64,000 bases of DNA from Halioglobus sp. (GTDB lineage Bacteria > Pseudomonadota > Gammaproteobacteria > Pseudomonadales > Halieaceae): contig OZ245784.1 in assembly GCA_965227955.1 (NCBI GenBank), forward strand, positions 2,206,031 through 2,270,030, written 5' to 3'. Under the pieces are notes generated by a model that ran no database searches, was not told the origin of the DNA, and saw only the letters and a program-made list of their open reading frames with translations. Every line of letters starts with the position of its first letter. The first letter of the stretch is position 1. The translations under genes and the position numbers were made by a program. Of this stretch, positions 40,161 to 49,579 are shown piece by piece.

Positions 40161-40700
40161 GCAAAGGCCGCACAATTTCGCGTTGACCTCGTCGCCGCGT
40201 TGCCTATACTTAGCCTCCGCCGCGAGCCCTGAAAGGGCTTGCGCAGGTCCCCGGAAGGGGTCGCTGGGAGGCGTGGAAACAGCCGGTGCGGGCCGCTTCC
40301 AAACCTCGATAAAAATAAATAAACGTTTTGCATCTGTATGATTTGGCGAGTTTTTTCATCGACTGACCAAGTGTGCCGACCGGGCTGTCCCGGCGCCGGG
40401 CCTGTGCACCCGCTTCATCACGGTGTAACAACGGCGTGCGATGCTACGAACCGCATCACATTTTGGGCATTATTTTGAGCACGAGTACAGGACTCGTGCT
40501 AGGCTGGTTACTGCACTGATAATGTTGTGGATAAGTGTGGTGACTGACTGTGAATAACTTCTCGCTGGCTGTCCTCTAGCGGCGGGATTCACGGGAAGAG
40601 AAACAACAACCAGGTCGAATACTCTGATCGCCGCAAGGGGTGGCGCAGCACTTCCCTATCCCCTGCGATCTGTCGACACGGTGTACTCAGGGACTCGGTA

Positions 40701-42113
40701 ATGGCTACGGTCAGGGTGTTCAATCACCACGTACATACTTCCTTCTACTGGCTTGCCCTGATCGACGCCGCGCTCTTCTTCCTCGCCTTCTACGCCGGCA
40801 CCTACCTCTACTGTTTCCTGCAACTGCAGCCCGACGCCTTCGCGGCGGTTGTCGCGGAGATCCCGACCCGGGCGCTCATGTTTGCCATCGTCGTGCTGGT
40901 CTGCCTGACCGCCATGGGCCTCTACGAACCGCGCATGCGGGAAGGGCGATCGGGGGTCCTGATCCGGGCCTCCGGCGGCTTCGGCGCCGCGGTACTCCTG
41001 ATGGGCACGGTGTTCTTTTTGCTGCCGGAGTTCTTCGTCTGGGGCGGCGCCCTCTTCTACGCCGTGCTCCTGTCCTTCACCGCCAACCTGATCAGCCGCA
41101 CCGCCTTCACCAATCTCGCCGACCTCGACCAGTTCAAGAGCCGGGTCCTCGTTCTCGGCTCCGGGTACGCCGCCTCCACCATCACCAGCTCAATGCGGCG
41201 CAAGACCGACCGGCAGGGATTCAACATCGTCGGTTTCGTGCGTATCGACGGCGAGGAGCCGCGGGTGACCGGCGAACGCATCATCAACCTGCGCCAGCCC
41301 CTGGCCGAGTACGCCCGCCAGACCGAGATCGACCAGATCGTGGTCGCCCTGGACGACCAGCGTGAGCAGATGCCCAAGGACGAGCTTTTCAAGTGCCGCC
41401 TGCAGGGCGTCAAGGTACTCAACCTGGTGAACTTCTTCGAGCGCGAAGCCGGCAAGATTCTCGTGGACTTCGCCAGTCCTGGCTGGATGAGCCTGACGGA
41501 GGACCTGAGTACAGGCTCCTCCGCCTCGGTCACCAAGCGCCTGTTCGATATCGCCTCGAGCTTCATCCTGCTGATGGGCACCTGGCCCATCATGGTTGTT
41601 ACCGCGATCGCCATCTGGTGTGAGGACGGCCTCAAGGCGCCGATTTTCTTCAGCCAGGAGCGCGTCGGTCTCAACGGCAAAGCCATCCGCGTGCTGAAGT
41701 TCCGCAGCATGACTGTCGACGCCGAGGGCGACGGCAAGGCGGTCTGGGCCACCAAGAACGACAGCCGCATCACGCGTGTGGGCAATTTCATCCGCCGCAC
41801 CCGGATTGACGAACTGCCGCAGATTTTCAACGTCCTCGCGGGGGACATGGCCTTTATCGGACCCCGCCCCGAGCGTCCCGAGTTCGTACAACAACTCGCC
41901 GAGCGCATCCCCTACTACAACTCCCGCCACGCGGTGAAGCCGGGCATCACGGGCTGGGCACAGCTCTGCTACCCCTACGGCGCCTCCGAGGAGGACGCCC
42001 GGCAGAAGCTGCAGTTCGACCTCTACTACGTGAAAAACCACAGCCTGTTCCTCGACTTCATGATCACCCTGAGCACCGTCGAGGTGGTGCTTTTCGGCAA
42101 GGGCGCCCGCTAA
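40701..42113 (+). CDS. Polyprenyl-phosphate sugar phosphotransferase (priming sugar transferase, PEP-CTERM-associated EpsB/WbaP type)
   Basis: Four to five N-terminal TM helices. C-terminal bacterial sugar transferase domain with KRLFDIASSFILLM, DELPQIFNVLAGDMAFIGPRPERPEF and KPGITGWAQ. Confidence 0.9.
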   Translation: MATVRVFNHHVHTSFYWLALIDAALFFLAFYAGTYLYCFLQLQPDAFAAVVAEIPTRALMFAIVVLVCLTAMGLYEPRMREGRSGVLIRASGGFGAAVLLMGTVFFLLPEFFVWGGALFYAVLLSFTANLISRTAFTNLADLDQFKSRVLVLGSGYAASTITSSMRRKTDRQGFNIVGFVRIDGEEPRVTGERIINLRQPLAEYARQTEIDQIVVALDDQREQMPKDELFKCRLQGVKVLNLVNFFEREAGKILVDFASPGWMSLTEDLSTGSSASVTKRLFDIASSFILLMGTWPIMVVTAIAIWCEDGLKAPIFFSQERVGLNGKAIRVLKFRSMTVDAEGDGKAVWATKNDSRITRVGNFIRRTRIDELPQIFNVLAGDMAFIGPRPERPEFVQQLAERIPYYNSRHAVKPGITGWAQLCYPYGASEEDARQKLQFDLYYVKNHSLFLDFMITLSTVEVVLFGKGAR

Positions 42114-42210
42114 CCCAAATTTGTCAGAAAATTATACACATCACTATTGTTGGCCCATCCCTGCGGCGCTAACATACTGAAAGCGGCTGTAGAATAAGCA
42201 TGAGCCAAAC

Positions 42211-42226
42211 CGGCGCGGAATTTGCA
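42211..42226 (+). promoter_or_regulatory. Candidate sigma-54 promoter CGGCGCGGAATTTGCA
   Basis: GG-N10-GC spacing with a perfect TTGCA -12 element, 48 nt upstream of the 42275 ATG. The -24 half (CGGCGC) is weaker than consensus. Confidence 0.5.
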
Positions 42227-42274
42227 TACTAATTACAAGCTCCGCAAACCGCCTGGAACGGGACCCCGACGATA

Positions 42275-42547
42275 ATGGATGTGGTACTGATCACCCTGGG
42301 TGTAATGGGTTTTGGTGCAATAGTCGTTTCCGCCTATGTATTCATGGTGGCAGCCCGCAATTACGTCTCAGATGACGCGGGCCGCCAGCGTTCCGCCGGC
42401 GGCAGCTCCCCGTACCACCTCGTGACCCGCAGCCCCACGGACCGCCGCAGCGGACAGCCGGTCACGTTCCCCCTGATGGTCAACGGCATCCTGGTCGAGA
42501 AAGACCGCCGTGTGCTGCCCGACAGGCGCCGCGCGGTAGCTGCCTGA
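42275..42547 (+). CDS. Small single-pass membrane protein, Arg-rich C-terminus
   Basis: 90-aa ORF. N-terminal TM VVLITLGVMGFGAIVVSAYVFMV. C-terminus RSGQPVTFPLMVNGILVEKDRRVLPDRRR. ATG start and GC3-rich codons. The sigma-54-like promoter upstream supports expression. Confidence 0.45.
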   Translation: MDVVLITLGVMGFGAIVVSAYVFMVAARNYVSDDAGRQRSAGGSSPYHLVTRSPTDRRSGQPVTFPLMVNGILVEKDRRVLPDRRRAVAA

Positions 42548-42798
42548 CCCCTCCCCCGGGGCCAACTATTACCCCCTGACGGCGGCATTTTGCACGATTG
42601 CGCCTGCGCGCGCAGTCATGCTACTTTGCGGAGAGGAACGTGTTCCAGGCCGTATCCCTGCAGGTACGAGCGCTGCGGCCTGTCATTCTTCCCGAGGGCG
42701 GGCCTGGAACCCTCCCCGGGACAGGGGATAACAATAATGGCGACAAGGGGTGCGCACAGCGTTGCTGGCCGCGCCGGCTGCTTTGCGAGGGCCGTGGC

Positions 42799-45132
42799 GT
42801 GACCGTCGCGGGGAAAATCAACGCCCTGACCCTGGTGCTGGCGATTGCCGCCGGCATCCTGTTGGCCGCCAGTTCGATCCGCTCCGATTACACCGTCGCC
42901 CGGGAGCGGCTGATCGAGCGCAGTTATCACCGGGTCCACGCCGAGACCCAGCTACAGGTCGCCATCTACCGCAGGGATGTGGCCCGGCAGGGCGCACTGC
43001 TGGAGGAGGTACTGAATACCTCCCCGGCCCTGCGCTTCGCGCGCGTACTCGACCCCGTCGGTGGTACGCTCAGCGAGATCGCCCAGGCCGGCGCCCAACC
43101 CTACCCGGCGCCGTTGTTTGCCGACCTGCGCGGCGGCGCCACAGCACTGGAGAGCAGCCTGGTACAGCGCCGGGTGGACATCGCACCGCCGGGACACGAA
43201 ATGCTCGCCACCCTGGCCGGGGGCGACAGGTTGTGGGACCTGGTCATCCCGGTCTTCAGCGTGGTGAACCCGATGGAAAAGGGCATCACGCCGGCGGAGT
43301 TCGGCGCCGCACTGGCGGTGGCGGACAAAACCGGCAGCCGGCACCTGGTGGGCTACGTCCACCTGGGCATCAGCCGCAGCCTGGTCCTTGCGAGCATACT
43401 CCCCGCAGTGGCAGTCACACTTGGCATCGCACTGGTTTTCATCGCCGCCTGCGCCTTTCTCAGCCGGGTGATTACCCGCCGGATAACCGCGCCTTTCGCC
43501 ACGATCGTCCGCATGGCGGACGACATCGCCCACGGACGGGACGTGAAGACCGACGGCCTGGAGAAGAACACCGAATTCCGCGAGCTGGTGGGGTTGCTCA
43601 ACGGCATCATCGGGGATTTCCGCAGTCGCCGTACCCAGATGGAGGTAAATCAGCAGCTCCTGAGCATGAAAGTGGAAGAGCGCACCTCGCAGCTGTCCCG
43701 GCGCAATGAAGAACTCAACCAGGCGGTGCGCGAGGTGACCGAAACCAAGGACCGGCTGCGCAAGATGGCCTACTACGACAGCCTGACCGCGTTGCCGAAC
43801 CGCCGGCTGTTCACCGAGCAGCTGGACCTGTTGCTGCGCCTGGCCAAGCGCAACAAGGAAAACATCGGCCTGCTGTTCCTGGATCTGGACAATTTCAAGC
43901 GCATCAACGACTCGCTGGGCCACAGTGCCGGGGACCTGTTGTTGCGCGAGGTGGCGAAGCGCCTGGCGCGCTGTATCCGCGAGAGCGACGTGGTGGCACA
44001 CAACGTCGAGCCCAATTCGGCTATCGGGGTCTCGCGACTCGGCGGCGACGAGTTTACCGTGGTGCTCAACCAGCTGACGGAGCCGGACTCCGCGGGCATC
44101 GTAGCGCGGCGTATTCGCGACGCGCTCTGCGAGCCGATGACCATCGAGGGACACGAACTCGTCGTCACGCCCAGCCTGGGTATCGCGGTGGCACCCCGGG
44201 ATGCGGATACCGTCGAAGGCCTGTTAAAGGCTGCGGACACCGCCATGTACCACGCCAAGAGCTCAGGCAAGAACAACTTTGTCTTCTACGACTCCGACAT
44301 GGATGCCGCAGGCGTGGAGCGACTGACCCTGGAGAACGACCTGCGCAAGGCCATCGATCGCGACGAGCTGGTGCTGCACTACCAGCCCCAGGTGGATTCG
44401 GATACCGGCTCGGTGATCGGCGCCGAAGCGCTGATGCGCTGGGAGCACCCGGAGCGCGGCCTGGTGCCGCCGTTCAAATTTATACCCCTGGCCGAGGAGA
44501 TGGGTCTTATCGGCGACCTGGGGCAGTGGGGGCTGGAGGAGGCCTGCCGCCAGATGGTGGCACTGCAGGCGGAGGGCCTGGACCTGCCCAAGGTATCCGT
44601 CAACGTTTCAGCCCTCCAGTTCACTCCCTCGTTCATGCAGCGCGTAGCGGATGTGCTCGCTGAGACGGGCCTGCACCCCAAGCGCCTGGAGCTGGAGCTG
44701 ACCGAGGGCATCCTGATGGACTCGAGCGATGCCACACTACAGGCACTGGTGCGGCTGAAGAGCCTGGGCGTGAAGCTGTCCATCGACGACTTCGGCACGG
44801 GGTACTCGTCGCTGAGCTACCTGTCGAAGTTCCCGCTCGACGAGCTGAAGATCGACCGCAGCTTCGTGATCGCCATGGATCGCAGCGAGAACGACGCGAG
44901 CCTGGTCATTGCGATCATCGCCATGGCGCGGAGCATGAACCTGGAGCTGGTGGCGGAGGGCGTGGAGGATCACGAGCAGTACCGCTTCCTGCGCCGTCAC
45001 GGCGCCAGCGTGATCCAGGGTTACCTGTTCAGCAAGCCACTCCCCGTGGACGAGCTGAAACCGCTGCTCGAACCGGGATTCTTCAGGGCGCAGGTCGAGG
45101 CCATCGACAACCCGCGACTGGCGGAAGCCTAG
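42799..45132 (+). CDS. Membrane-bound GGDEF-EAL c-di-GMP turnover protein with periplasmic sensor and HAMP
   Basis: TM1 INALTLVLAIAAGILLAASSI, a periplasmic region of about 230 aa, then TM2 and HAMP. Intact GGDEF (SRLGGDEFTVV). EAL motifs GAEALMRW, DDFGTGYSSLSYL and KIDRSF. The GTG start at 42799 is inferred; the track ORF begins at 42598. Confidence 0.85.
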   Translation: MTVAGKINALTLVLAIAAGILLAASSIRSDYTVARERLIERSYHRVHAETQLQVAIYRRDVARQGALLEEVLNTSPALRFARVLDPVGGTLSEIAQAGAQPYPAPLFADLRGGATALESSLVQRRVDIAPPGHEMLATLAGGDRLWDLVIPVFSVVNPMEKGITPAEFGAALAVADKTGSRHLVGYVHLGISRSLVLASILPAVAVTLGIALVFIAACAFLSRVITRRITAPFATIVRMADDIAHGRDVKTDGLEKNTEFRELVGLLNGIIGDFRSRRTQMEVNQQLLSMKVEERTSQLSRRNEELNQAVREVTETKDRLRKMAYYDSLTALPNRRLFTEQLDLLLRLAKRNKENIGLLFLDLDNFKRINDSLGHSAGDLLLREVAKRLARCIRESDVVAHNVEPNSAIGVSRLGGDEFTVVLNQLTEPDSAGIVARRIRDALCEPMTIEGHELVVTPSLGIAVAPRDADTVEGLLKAADTAMYHAKSSGKNNFVFYDSDMDAAGVERLTLENDLRKAIDRDELVLHYQPQVDSDTGSVIGAEALMRWEHPERGLVPPFKFIPLAEEMGLIGDLGQWGLEEACRQMVALQAEGLDLPKVSVNVSALQFTPSFMQRVADVLAETGLHPKRLELELTEGILMDSSDATLQALVRLKSLGVKLSIDDFGTGYSSLSYLSKFPLDELKIDRSFVIAMDRSENDASLVIAIIAMARSMNLELVAEGVEDHEQYRFLRRHGASVIQGYLFSKPLPVDELKPLLEPGFFRAQVEAIDNPRLAEA

Positions 45133-45145
45133 CGGTCGTAGCGGC

Positions 45146-45418
45146 TCAGGCGTCGCCCTCGCCGGACTCTGCCATACGGCGTTTCATGTCCTGGATCCGC
45201 TCCAGTTCCTCGCGGTAGCGCTCGGCTACCTTATCGACGCCGGTATCAGTCAGTCCGCCCGCATTGCCGCTGACACTGTACGTCGTGTAGAGCGCGGACG
45301 CCGTCATCAGCGCCGCTGACACCAACTCAGGACTCAGCCCCTCGTCCTTCATGCTGTTGGCGAGGGCGATGAAGCGGTTGACGCTGTCGCGGTGATTATC
45401 CCGGTCGTTCTTGGCCAT
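45146..45418 (-). CDS. DUF3144-family small protein
   Basis: Pattern FIALANSMKDEGLSPELVSAALMTASALYTTY, which I recall from DUF3144. The ATG at 45418 is preferred over the GTG at 45451. Confidence 0.6.
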   Translation of the reverse strand: MAKNDRDNHRDSVNRFIALANSMKDEGLSPELVSAALMTASALYTTYSVSGNAGGLTDTGVDKVAERYREELERIQDMKRRMAESGEGDA

Positions 45419-45490
45419 GTTCGGACTCCGTTGCGGCTCGGTGGCAAACACCCCCCGCTCGCCCGCCGGGGGCGCGGGAAGGTCGGCGGA

Positions 45491-46624
45491 TCACTCGGAG
45501 AGGGACTCCCACCCGGGACCGTCGGACAGCATGGCGCCGATCCAGTCCATCAGGTTGACGCCATCGATGGTCTTGTCCGGCTCGAGCTGCAGGAACGTGT
45601 GGCCGGTGCCTGCCGGGATAAAGCTGCGCACCCGCTCGGGGTTGGCGGCCTCCTGCTTCTCCATCTCCCCGCGCAGGGCGGTCTCGAACGCGGGGCCACC
45701 GATGCGCACGAAGGTGTTCGCAATCACGAAGTCCTGGGTGTAACTGAGCAGGCTGAGGTTTGTGTTGGAGTCCTGGTCCAGCTGCCAGATCATGTAGTTG
45801 GTAAAGTGGCCGTCGTCCCCGATACAGTCCGGGCAGCTGGCCGGCTGGAAGGCGCCCAGATTCCAGTCCTCCTGCAGCGTCAGCAGCAGGCCGGGATCGT
45901 CCGGCTCACCGACACCGACACCGGAATCATTGAGTACGTCGATGCGCGCATCAGGGTAGATGGCGCGCACCAGCGGCAGTGCGAAGATCGTGCCGAAGCC
46001 GCCGCCGCTGTTGCCCGCCAGCACGATGCGCCGGGGCGACGGAAAGGTGTTCGCGGCGACGTCCAGGGCCGCCGACAGATTGTGCAGGCCGCGGTGGGAG
46101 CGCTCGGGGATGCCGTCGTTGTCGTAGTCCGCCTCACTGTCGCCGGCGTGCAGGGAGCCGTCGCAGTACGGCACGTAGACCTGGTTCCAGTCGCGCGTGG
46201 GATTGTTGGCGCGGTTCGGGTCATTGATACCCGCGGTGGAGTTGAAAGTGGATATCTCCTCCGTGGACAGGCACAGCTCGGACCAGCAGGCGCCGCCGCC
46301 CTCTAGAAAGATCAGGAGGTTCTCTGAGCCCTGGTCGCGCGTGGACATACCGAAGGGCGCGCCAAGCTGGCACATGGGCCCGTCGCCGACACCGAAGGTG
46401 TGGACGGTCACGTCGCCGTTCACCTCTGACTGCATGGGTGTGTACACACCCAGGTAGCGCAGGATGCCCTGCTCGTAGAGTTCCGCGAAGGGCCGGGTGT
46501 CAATTTCAGGCGAGTCGCTGTCATCGGAGCAACCGAGCAGGAATAGTGACAGGCAGGCGGCCAGCAGGCCTGGAATCGCGCGCGATGCGGTCGCTCGCTC
46601 GGTACTGCGTCCCCTTGTTTGCAT
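45491..46624 (-). CDS. Pectin-acetylesterase/Notum-like family lipoprotein hydrolase
   Basis: Lipobox FLLGCS. Motifs FLEGGGACWS, YVPYCDGSLHAGD and LAGNSGGGFG. Confidence 0.7.
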   Translation of the reverse strand: MQTRGRSTERATASRAIPGLLAACLSLFLLGCSDDSDSPEIDTRPFAELYEQGILRYLGVYTPMQSEVNGDVTVHTFGVGDGPMCQLGAPFGMSTRDQGSENLLIFLEGGGACWSELCLSTEEISTFNSTAGINDPNRANNPTRDWNQVYVPYCDGSLHAGDSEADYDNDGIPERSHRGLHNLSAALDVAANTFPSPRRIVLAGNSGGGFGTIFALPLVRAIYPDARIDVLNDSGVGVGEPDDPGLLLTLQEDWNLGAFQPASCPDCIGDDGHFTNYMIWQLDQDSNTNLSLLSYTQDFVIANTFVRIGGPAFETALRGEMEKQEAANPERVRSFIPAGTGHTFLQLEPDKTIDGVNLMDWIGAMLSDGPGWESLSE

Positions 46625-46745
46625 TGTTGTTTACCTCGATTATCGCGCCCCGCTAGCCGGGGCAGCCACTGATTGACGGCCGATTCTGGCTTACTGCGGG
46701 GCACGGTTCAAGGGAATGTCCATCTTTCCCGCCCCTTACGGGTCA

Positions 46746-48359
46746 TTACTTACACAGGCCCCCGCCCAGGAGGCGATAGGGCTCGCAGTTGTAAATCAGG
46801 CGGCCCGCCTCGCCGTGCTGGAAATCCAGCGTGGGCAACGCGAAGGACGGCGGCATCCCCGGCGCCGGCTTGTCCTGTGTCTCGGCGATGGACCTCGGGT
46901 AATCTGCCCAGTCGCGGGGAGCGCGCCAGCCGGGGGGCGGCACCAGCTCGTGGCGGGTGCCGGACACCGGGTACAGGGTCCGCCAGTAGTGGATGGCCTC
47001 CGCCAGGCGTTCGACAACCGCGGGATGGGCCGCGGCGAGGTTGTTGCGCTCGTTCGGGTCATCGTCGATGTTGAACAGGTAGTTGGTCACCGAAGCGGAC
47101 AACAGACCCTGCTCCACTTCCTGTACCAGTTTCCAGTGGTCGTTGAAAGCGGTGAACATGAAGTAACCTCGAATGGGCGTTTCGGAGGCGAAGAACACCA
47201 GGTCTTCCCTGGGGGCCCGGCGCCCCTCCCCGATAGCCGGCCACAGACTGCGGCCGTCCAGTTCAAACCGCTCGTTGCCGGGCGCGACCGTCGCCGCCTC
47301 GGCGAGTGTCGGGAACACGTCCATCGCCGTCATGATCTGGCCCATGTCGCTCCCCGGTGCGATCCGCTCCGGCCAGCGCATAACTGAGACGACCCGGATG
47401 CCGCCCTCCCAGGTCTCGCCCTTGCCGCCGCGCAGCGGGACGTTGTCGGCGCCACCGGTGGCGTAGGCCGCCCCGCCGTTATCACTGAAAAACAACACGA
47501 TGGTGTTGTCGGCAATACCCTCCTCGTCCAGTGTCCGCAGCACCTGCCCGATCGCCTGGTCCATGGCGTCGACCACAGCCGCGTAGACCGGGCGCGCACT
47601 CGGCTGGAGCAGCAGGCGCGCAAAACGCCGCGACTCGTCGGTGTTCTTGCTGCGCGCGGGTTTGCGGTTGTCCGGCAGGTCCGCGTACTTCGCCAGTAAA
47701 TCATCGGGGGCCTCAAGGGGCGTGTGGGGTGCGATGAACGGCATGTAGACAAAGAAAGGTTTGTCCGGGTCCCGCTCGCGGATGTAGCGGGAGACCTCGT
47801 CACCCAGGATGAAAGTCTCGTAGCCGTCGCGCTCGATAGACTCGCCGTTGCGCTGGAAGTCCTTTCCCCCCTGGTTGCTGAATGGCGGGAAGTAGCCGAC
47901 CTCCGTGTGCAGGTGTCCGTAAAAGTGTTCGAATCCACGCTCGTTGGGATGGTAGGCCTGCAGCGCGTGACCGAGGTGCCACTTGCCCACCATCGCCGTC
48001 TGGTAGCCCGCCGCGAGGAAGCTCTGCGGCATGAAATGCTCGTCCGGGTGAATACCGTTATTCATCCAGGGCATGATCACGCCGTAGGACACGCCCAGGC
48101 GCATCGGGTCGCGGCCGGTCATGAGTGCCGCGCGGGTGGGTGAGCAGATGGGCGTGGTGTAGAACCGCGAGAGTTCGACCCCCTCCGCCGCGAGGCGATC
48201 GAGGGCGGGTGTATCGATGTCGCCACCGTGGAAACCGACGTCGCTCCAGCCGAGGTCGTCCGCCAGCATAATGATGATATTGGGCCTTGGGTCCGCTGCC
48301 GCGTGGGCCAGCGGTACAACGGCCAGGAACAGGACAGCCAGCCAGTTCCGTCGACACAT
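46746..48359 (-). CDS. Arylsulfatase (formylglycine-dependent sulfatase family)
   Basis: Signal peptide. IIIMLADDLGWSDVG and the C-x-P-x-R maturation motif PICSPTRAALMTGR. Confidence 0.9.
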   Translation of the reverse strand: MCRRNWLAVLFLAVVPLAHAAADPRPNIIIMLADDLGWSDVGFHGGDIDTPALDRLAAEGVELSRFYTTPICSPTRAALMTGRDPMRLGVSYGVIMPWMNNGIHPDEHFMPQSFLAAGYQTAMVGKWHLGHALQAYHPNERGFEHFYGHLHTEVGYFPPFSNQGGKDFQRNGESIERDGYETFILGDEVSRYIRERDPDKPFFVYMPFIAPHTPLEAPDDLLAKYADLPDNRKPARSKNTDESRRFARLLLQPSARPVYAAVVDAMDQAIGQVLRTLDEEGIADNTIVLFFSDNGGAAYATGGADNVPLRGGKGETWEGGIRVVSVMRWPERIAPGSDMGQIMTAMDVFPTLAEAATVAPGNERFELDGRSLWPAIGEGRRAPREDLVFFASETPIRGYFMFTAFNDHWKLVQEVEQGLLSASVTNYLFNIDDDPNERNNLAAAHPAVVERLAEAIHYWRTLYPVSGTRHELVPPPGWRAPRDWADYPRSIAETQDKPAPGMPPSFALPTLDFQHGEAGRLIYNCEPYRLLGGGLCK

Positions 48360-48569
48360 GATTCACTCCTCGGGTCGCTTGCGGGGTGGGGTGTATAGTA
48401 GTCCACGGACATAATACGCATGTATTAAATATCTGCAACACCACCCGCTGCATAAGCACGGCTTACATACCCAACGGCCTCGCCGGCCCGCTACTGGTCT
48501 TTGCCTAGCGTGTCACTCCTCTGAGACACTTCTTCCATCTGATGGTTGGGATGTGAGAGGCCCCGATTC

Positions 48570-48986
48570 ATGACCCTGTCCGTTTCCAGAGGAATAGAGA
48601 TTCCGCTGGAGGAGATCGAGCTGAGCGCGGTGCGCGCCGGGGGGCCGGGCGGCCAGCACGTGAACAAGGTGTCCTCGGCGATTCACCTGCGCTTCGATAT
48701 CGGCGCCTCCTCCCTGCCGGAGGCATTGAAGGAACGGCTGTACAGCCTGCCCGACGGGCGCATCAGTGAGGACGGTATCGTCACCATCAAGGCGCGGCGC
48801 TTTCGCAGCCGGGACCAGAACCGGCGCGACGCCCTCGAGCGCCTCGCGGCGCTGGTCCGGGGTGCGTCGAACCCGCCCCGGGAGCGCCGCCCGACGCGAC
48901 CCACCCGGGCCAGCAAGCAGCGGCGGCTCGACGCCAAGAACCGTCGCAGCCGGGTCAAGGCGCTGCGTGGACGCGTGGATACCTGA
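48570..48986 (+). CDS. arfB: Alternative ribosome-rescue peptidyl-tRNA hydrolase ArfB
   Basis: GGQ motif GPGGQHVNKVSSAIHLRFD and a basic C-terminal tail (RPTRASKQRRLDAKNRRSRVKALR). About 138 aa. Confidence 0.85.
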   Translation: MTLSVSRGIEIPLEEIELSAVRAGGPGGQHVNKVSSAIHLRFDIGASSLPEALKERLYSLPDGRISEDGIVTIKARRFRSRDQNRRDALERLAALVRGASNPPRERRPTRPTRASKQRRLDAKNRRSRVKALRGRVDT

Positions 48987-49088
48987 CACCCGCGGAAATT
49001 AAACCGCGGGAACCTCCTTCCACCGCGACCGGCCGACGGGCTACGTATCTAAACCCCCGCGCTGGCGACCTCTGCACGCATCGCTATC

Positions 49089-49544
49089 ATGAGTGCTTCC
49101 AACAGGGCGGGACTCATTATGGGCAGTGACAACAGCGAGGCCAACAAGGTGCTGGTCCAGCGTTTCTTCGAGGCCATGAACACGGGGGACGTCGACTACA
49201 TCGTCGGCGCCTACGCCGACGACGGCGCACTGCAGACCATGGGCAATACCCTGATCTCCGGCACCTATGGCCGGGAGCAGATCGCTGCCTCAGCCGGCGG
49301 GATATTCGAGGTTTTCCCCAACGGAATCCGCTTCGACATCCTGCACATGACAGCGGAGGGAGAGCGGGTCGCGGTGGAGGCGACGAGCGAGGGTGAACAC
49401 GTATCCGGCCAGACCTACGCCAACGAGTACCACTTCCTGTTCGAGTTCCGCGACGGCAAACTGCTGCAGCTGAAGGAATACATGGACACCGAACGGGTCA
49501 CCGACGTACTCTGCGGCGGACAGCGCCCACCCTTCGACGGCTGA
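49089..49544 (+). CDS. SnoaL-like / NTF2-fold protein
   Basis: Segments VLVQRFFEAMNTGDVDYIVGAYADDG and YHFLFEFRDGKLLQLKEYMD are typical of the SnoaL/ketosteroid-isomerase-like fold. Confidence 0.65.
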   Translation: MSASNRAGLIMGSDNSEANKVLVQRFFEAMNTGDVDYIVGAYADDGALQTMGNTLISGTYGREQIAASAGGIFEVFPNGIRFDILHMTAEGERVAVEATSEGEHVSGQTYANEYHFLFEFRDGKLLQLKEYMDTERVTDVLCGGQRPPFDG

Positions 49545-49579
49545 GACCGCACGGACAACACACACCGGGAGAGAACGGC

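Noticed and set aside
40200-40300. c-di-GMP (GEMM-type) riboswitch in the sugar-transferase leader, considered because of the nearby GGDEF-EAL gene.
   Set aside because: I could not align the conserved GEMM core (GNRA tetraloop/receptor pair, ACGCAAAGC-type junction) to the observed hairpins. This would need a covariance-model search.
40464-40480. Sigma-54-like TGGGCA-N5-TTGA upstream of the sugar transferase.
   Set aside because: It lacks the invariant GC at -12.
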